DNA of 62,991 nucleotides, the filler included, from Folioceros fuciformis (Eukaryota): NCBI GenBank assembly GCA_049999805.1. It is 5 parts of 5 records of this genome, joined end to end, with 100 filler letters (N's around TTAATTAATTAA, not from the genome) between each part and the next. Parts side by side here need not be neighbours in the genome. Positions count along the whole stretch, not along the records: positions 52,123 to 62,991 come from JBNGIO010001048.1; 4 more parts are not named here. One strand, written 5' to 3'. Each line of letters opens with the position of its first letter. The first letter of the stretch is position 1. The position numbers and the translations under genes were made by a program. The notes beneath the pieces were generated by a model. That model did no database searches. It saw only the letters and a list, made by a program, of their open reading frames with translations, and was not told the DNA's origin. Positions 60,282 through 62,991 of the stretch are shown here, piece after piece.

Positions 60282-62680
60282 CACTTTGAATCCATGTCTC
60301 TCATGGCTTTGTACTTACTACTAATCAGCTGAAGCATCTCTCCTCACTGGCAGCTTGCCTTTCCGCAATTGGATAGAAAGGCTGGGCACGGCAGGGTTTT
60401 CTTCCTTCGTTCCTTTCTGTTTTCTTGTATTGTCGCTGCTCGACGATCCCCCATTTACCATCGTCTGAGGTACACCGTTGGTCCATCAAACCATGTTTCG
60501 ATTGGGCACATTGCTGACAGGGGTGGGTGGAAGGCAGAGGGGTTTAACAGTGTCTGCTGGATGGTGCAGGAGCACGAGTATGCACGCATTGCAGGTCTCA
60601 CCGACCAAATCAGGTGTGGATCATCCGCAAACTGCACAGTGGGACAATATATTCCTGTGTTGTCAGAGACTATGCTTTCCTCCTCCGATGATAGTGGACG
60701 CCATTGGCATCATCCAACTGTGAAGGAGCTAATGCTGTTCTCAGCGGTTGTGTGCCAGCTTGCATTTGCAGGTAGCCTGGCTTGAGGACCTTGAGGTTCT
60801 CGTGCAGCACCAGACGGATTCTAATGGACTGCAAAGTTGTGTGCGAGTCTGATGAATCCTGTAGCCTTCTAGGGATTCGTGTGTTCACCGTGTGTCTGTC
60901 CGGACTCGAAGGGAGCCAGCAAAGCCAGCACAGGAAGTACCTGGGGTTCTTGGAATCCTGGACTGCAGACAGCTATAAGAGTGGCTACCGGTGCTTATCC
61001 TCTAGAAGCTTTATGCAGAGAGTCGCAGGACTTTACACCTCATATATATATTCACCCCAAAACTTCACTGGTGTGGCTTTGATAAACTAGTGGAGGGTCC
61101 CCCAGGAGTCAGAGTGCGGATGGCAGCAGCGTACATATCTCTCACCGGATGTGTGTTGCTCAGCGTCCATGTGCCCATAGGCCGGTGTTTTGGTAGCAGC
61201 AGGGATCTGACATCTGGCAACTCGGGCTCACCGCCCGGTACAGTCCTGTATATTGTTCTCAGAAAGGATGAGTGTTTCTAGCGCAGCGCAGCACATGGCG
61301 TCCAGGTCGTTCTCCGTTTCCGCAGGCTTCTCCTCCCCACGCTCTAAGCTCAAGGAATTAGGGGCAGATTCCTGGAACAAAGAGAGGAGAGCCATAAAAT
61401 CGGCCTTCCCGTCGAAGCGGGTTGCATCTGCTTTGGAAAAGCTGCCCCACCCATCATTTGTGATTAGGTGATGGTGGATGATGGATGGACCGTGAGTCAC
61501 GTGTGCCGGCGGCCACGAAACCAGCCCCGGCTACCGGTCACGCCCATTGCCCCTTCCCTGGCAGCTGATATCCGCATAACGGAACGTGATGGAGGACGAA
61601 AGCTACAGACAGCAACAGGAATGTACAGCCTCTCCGCCTCCAGTTACAGTGTCTCCACGCTACAGGTTTCAGCTGCATCCTGGTGCCTCTTGCCGCCTGC
61701 AGGCCGCACCAACAAAGCAGACAAGCCAGGCAGGACTACTTCCAAGACTCCGAGGCAGCTAGCTGGTGGGCCCTTGTCGCCACACGCACCACTCCTCACA
61801 TCAGGAGCGAAGCTTTGGCTTGCAGTGCCCTGCGCTCTGGCACTGGCACTGGCAGTAGCACTGCCTCTGCCTGTGCCCTACTGCTCTCGCACCTGTGATG
61901 CGCAACAATCGCAACTGCCATGGCCATCCCTTCGCTGCCGCGCCTATATCTGCCCGCACCCCCGCTAATGCCGATCATCAGAACTGGTGCTGGAGCAGGA
62001 GCAGGAACTGGAGCTCCAGGTTTGATCAGGAGGCAACACTGAGAGCTTCGTGCTCTGCTGCCGGCTTCGAGAATTGCCAAGACACTGCACACGATCCAGG
62101 TCCTCAATTCTTCCCTTTCAATGCGCTCATCCTCCTTGTCACGTTGTCATCCTCGTCCTTTGCTCTGCAGTGTTTGTGTTCCTCCTTGGTTTCATTTTAG
62201 AATTGTCGGATGTTGCTTGCAAAAATTATCGGATTCATGTTGCTTGGCAGGCGAGAGGTAGTAGGGAAGAAGGGTATGAATGAAGAAGTTCGTAGTTTGA
62301 TTTTTTTTTATTTTTTGTTTCACACCTGCCTCTCTGCTTTGCTTGTTTGCCCGGGTTCCCTCCGCCAGATGAGATTCACACCCCTTGCATGCTACATATC
62401 AGAAGCGGAGGAGGAAGGAACAAGTTTCGTCTCCAAAATTATCAGGCAGCAGGCTGGTGCGACTGCGACTGCCGGTGCATCCTCCGGTCCTCGCCTCGTT
62501 CGCGGCACACAGGCATAGAAGGGAGGGAAGAGGGAGGAGGATCAACACCGGTCCGGGAGGCAGCACCAGCTTGTGAGAAGGCAGGCACTGCATGAGGGGA
62601 CGACCCTTGGCACTCGCTGCTGCCCGAGGTCTTGATCCTTCCACACAGACTGCTGGAGTCCTTCCTCGGAGTTGACAGCC

Positions 62681-62991
62681 ATGGGGCGGAGTGCAAACAA
62701 GGCGGCGCCTATCAGCTCGGACGACGGCAAGCAGGATGCGGAGGATGCTGCGAGCCCGACAGAGAAGGAAGGAGTAGCAGCAGCCGCCCCGAGACCGCGT
62801 GCTCGATCACGCGTCGCGCGCTATGGGCTCGCGGTTCTGGTTATAGCTTTCATCGGCGGGGTGGCTGCCGTACTGGGCGTGTTGCTGCCACGCCTCATCG
62901 ACCGGCCTGACCGGAAGATGCTGGGAGTCGGGCCCGGTACCAACATCACGCTGGTGTGTCAGGCGACCCGCTACCCTGGTCTGTGCCGGTC
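62681..62991 (+). CDS. 5' part of a membrane-anchored PMEI-domain protein, probably a pro-pectin methylesterase (truncated by the window end)
   Basis: Open frame MGRSANK..ARYGLAVLVIAFIGGVAAVLGVLL (TM)..ITLVCQATRYPGLC. CxxTRYPxLC is the PMEI-domain start motif. Confidence 0.7.
   Translation, partial: MGRSANKAAPISSDDGKQDAEDAASPTEKEGVAAAAPRPRARSRVARYGLAVLVIAFIGGVAAVLGVLLPRLIDRPDRKMLGVGPGTNITLVCQATRYPGLCR

Noticed and set aside
11349..62991. Cell-wall gene cluster (2 laccases, XEG113, GT92, PMEI/PME)
   Set aside because: The genes act on different polymers, are interspersed with unrelated genes and are separated by assembly gaps. There is no evidence of co-regulation.

Overview
Eukaryotic land-plant nuclear DNA from a compact, fairly GC-rich genome with short (~80-150 bp) introns. 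This is non-seed-plant-like, but the species cannot be determined from sequence alone. The window joins five contigs with four 100-nt N spacers containing TTAATTAATTAA. It holds 13 spliced host genes: two tandem SPX-RING (NLA/BAH1-like) E3 ligases, NYC1, a head-to-head laccase pair, a GRAM/GEM-like gene, XEG113, a divergent D-type cyclin, a very large MEBL (VIT1/CCC1-domain) gene, an RCC1-repeat gene, ASNSD1, a GT92 glycosyltransferase and the start of a PMEI-domain gene. It also holds a Ty1/copia element with two nonsense mutations and several tandem repeats. Three things stand out. (1) The MEBL gene carries seven ~65-aa His/acidic repeats and an array of eight symmetric phase-1 exons repeating an 'SCLPxTLxSLDL' module. 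(2) Both laccases begin with an identical miR408-like site at the start codon. (3) The second NLA paralog has lost SPX basic motifs and has two P1BS elements upstream. Exon boundaries were read by eye and are untested by transcript data.
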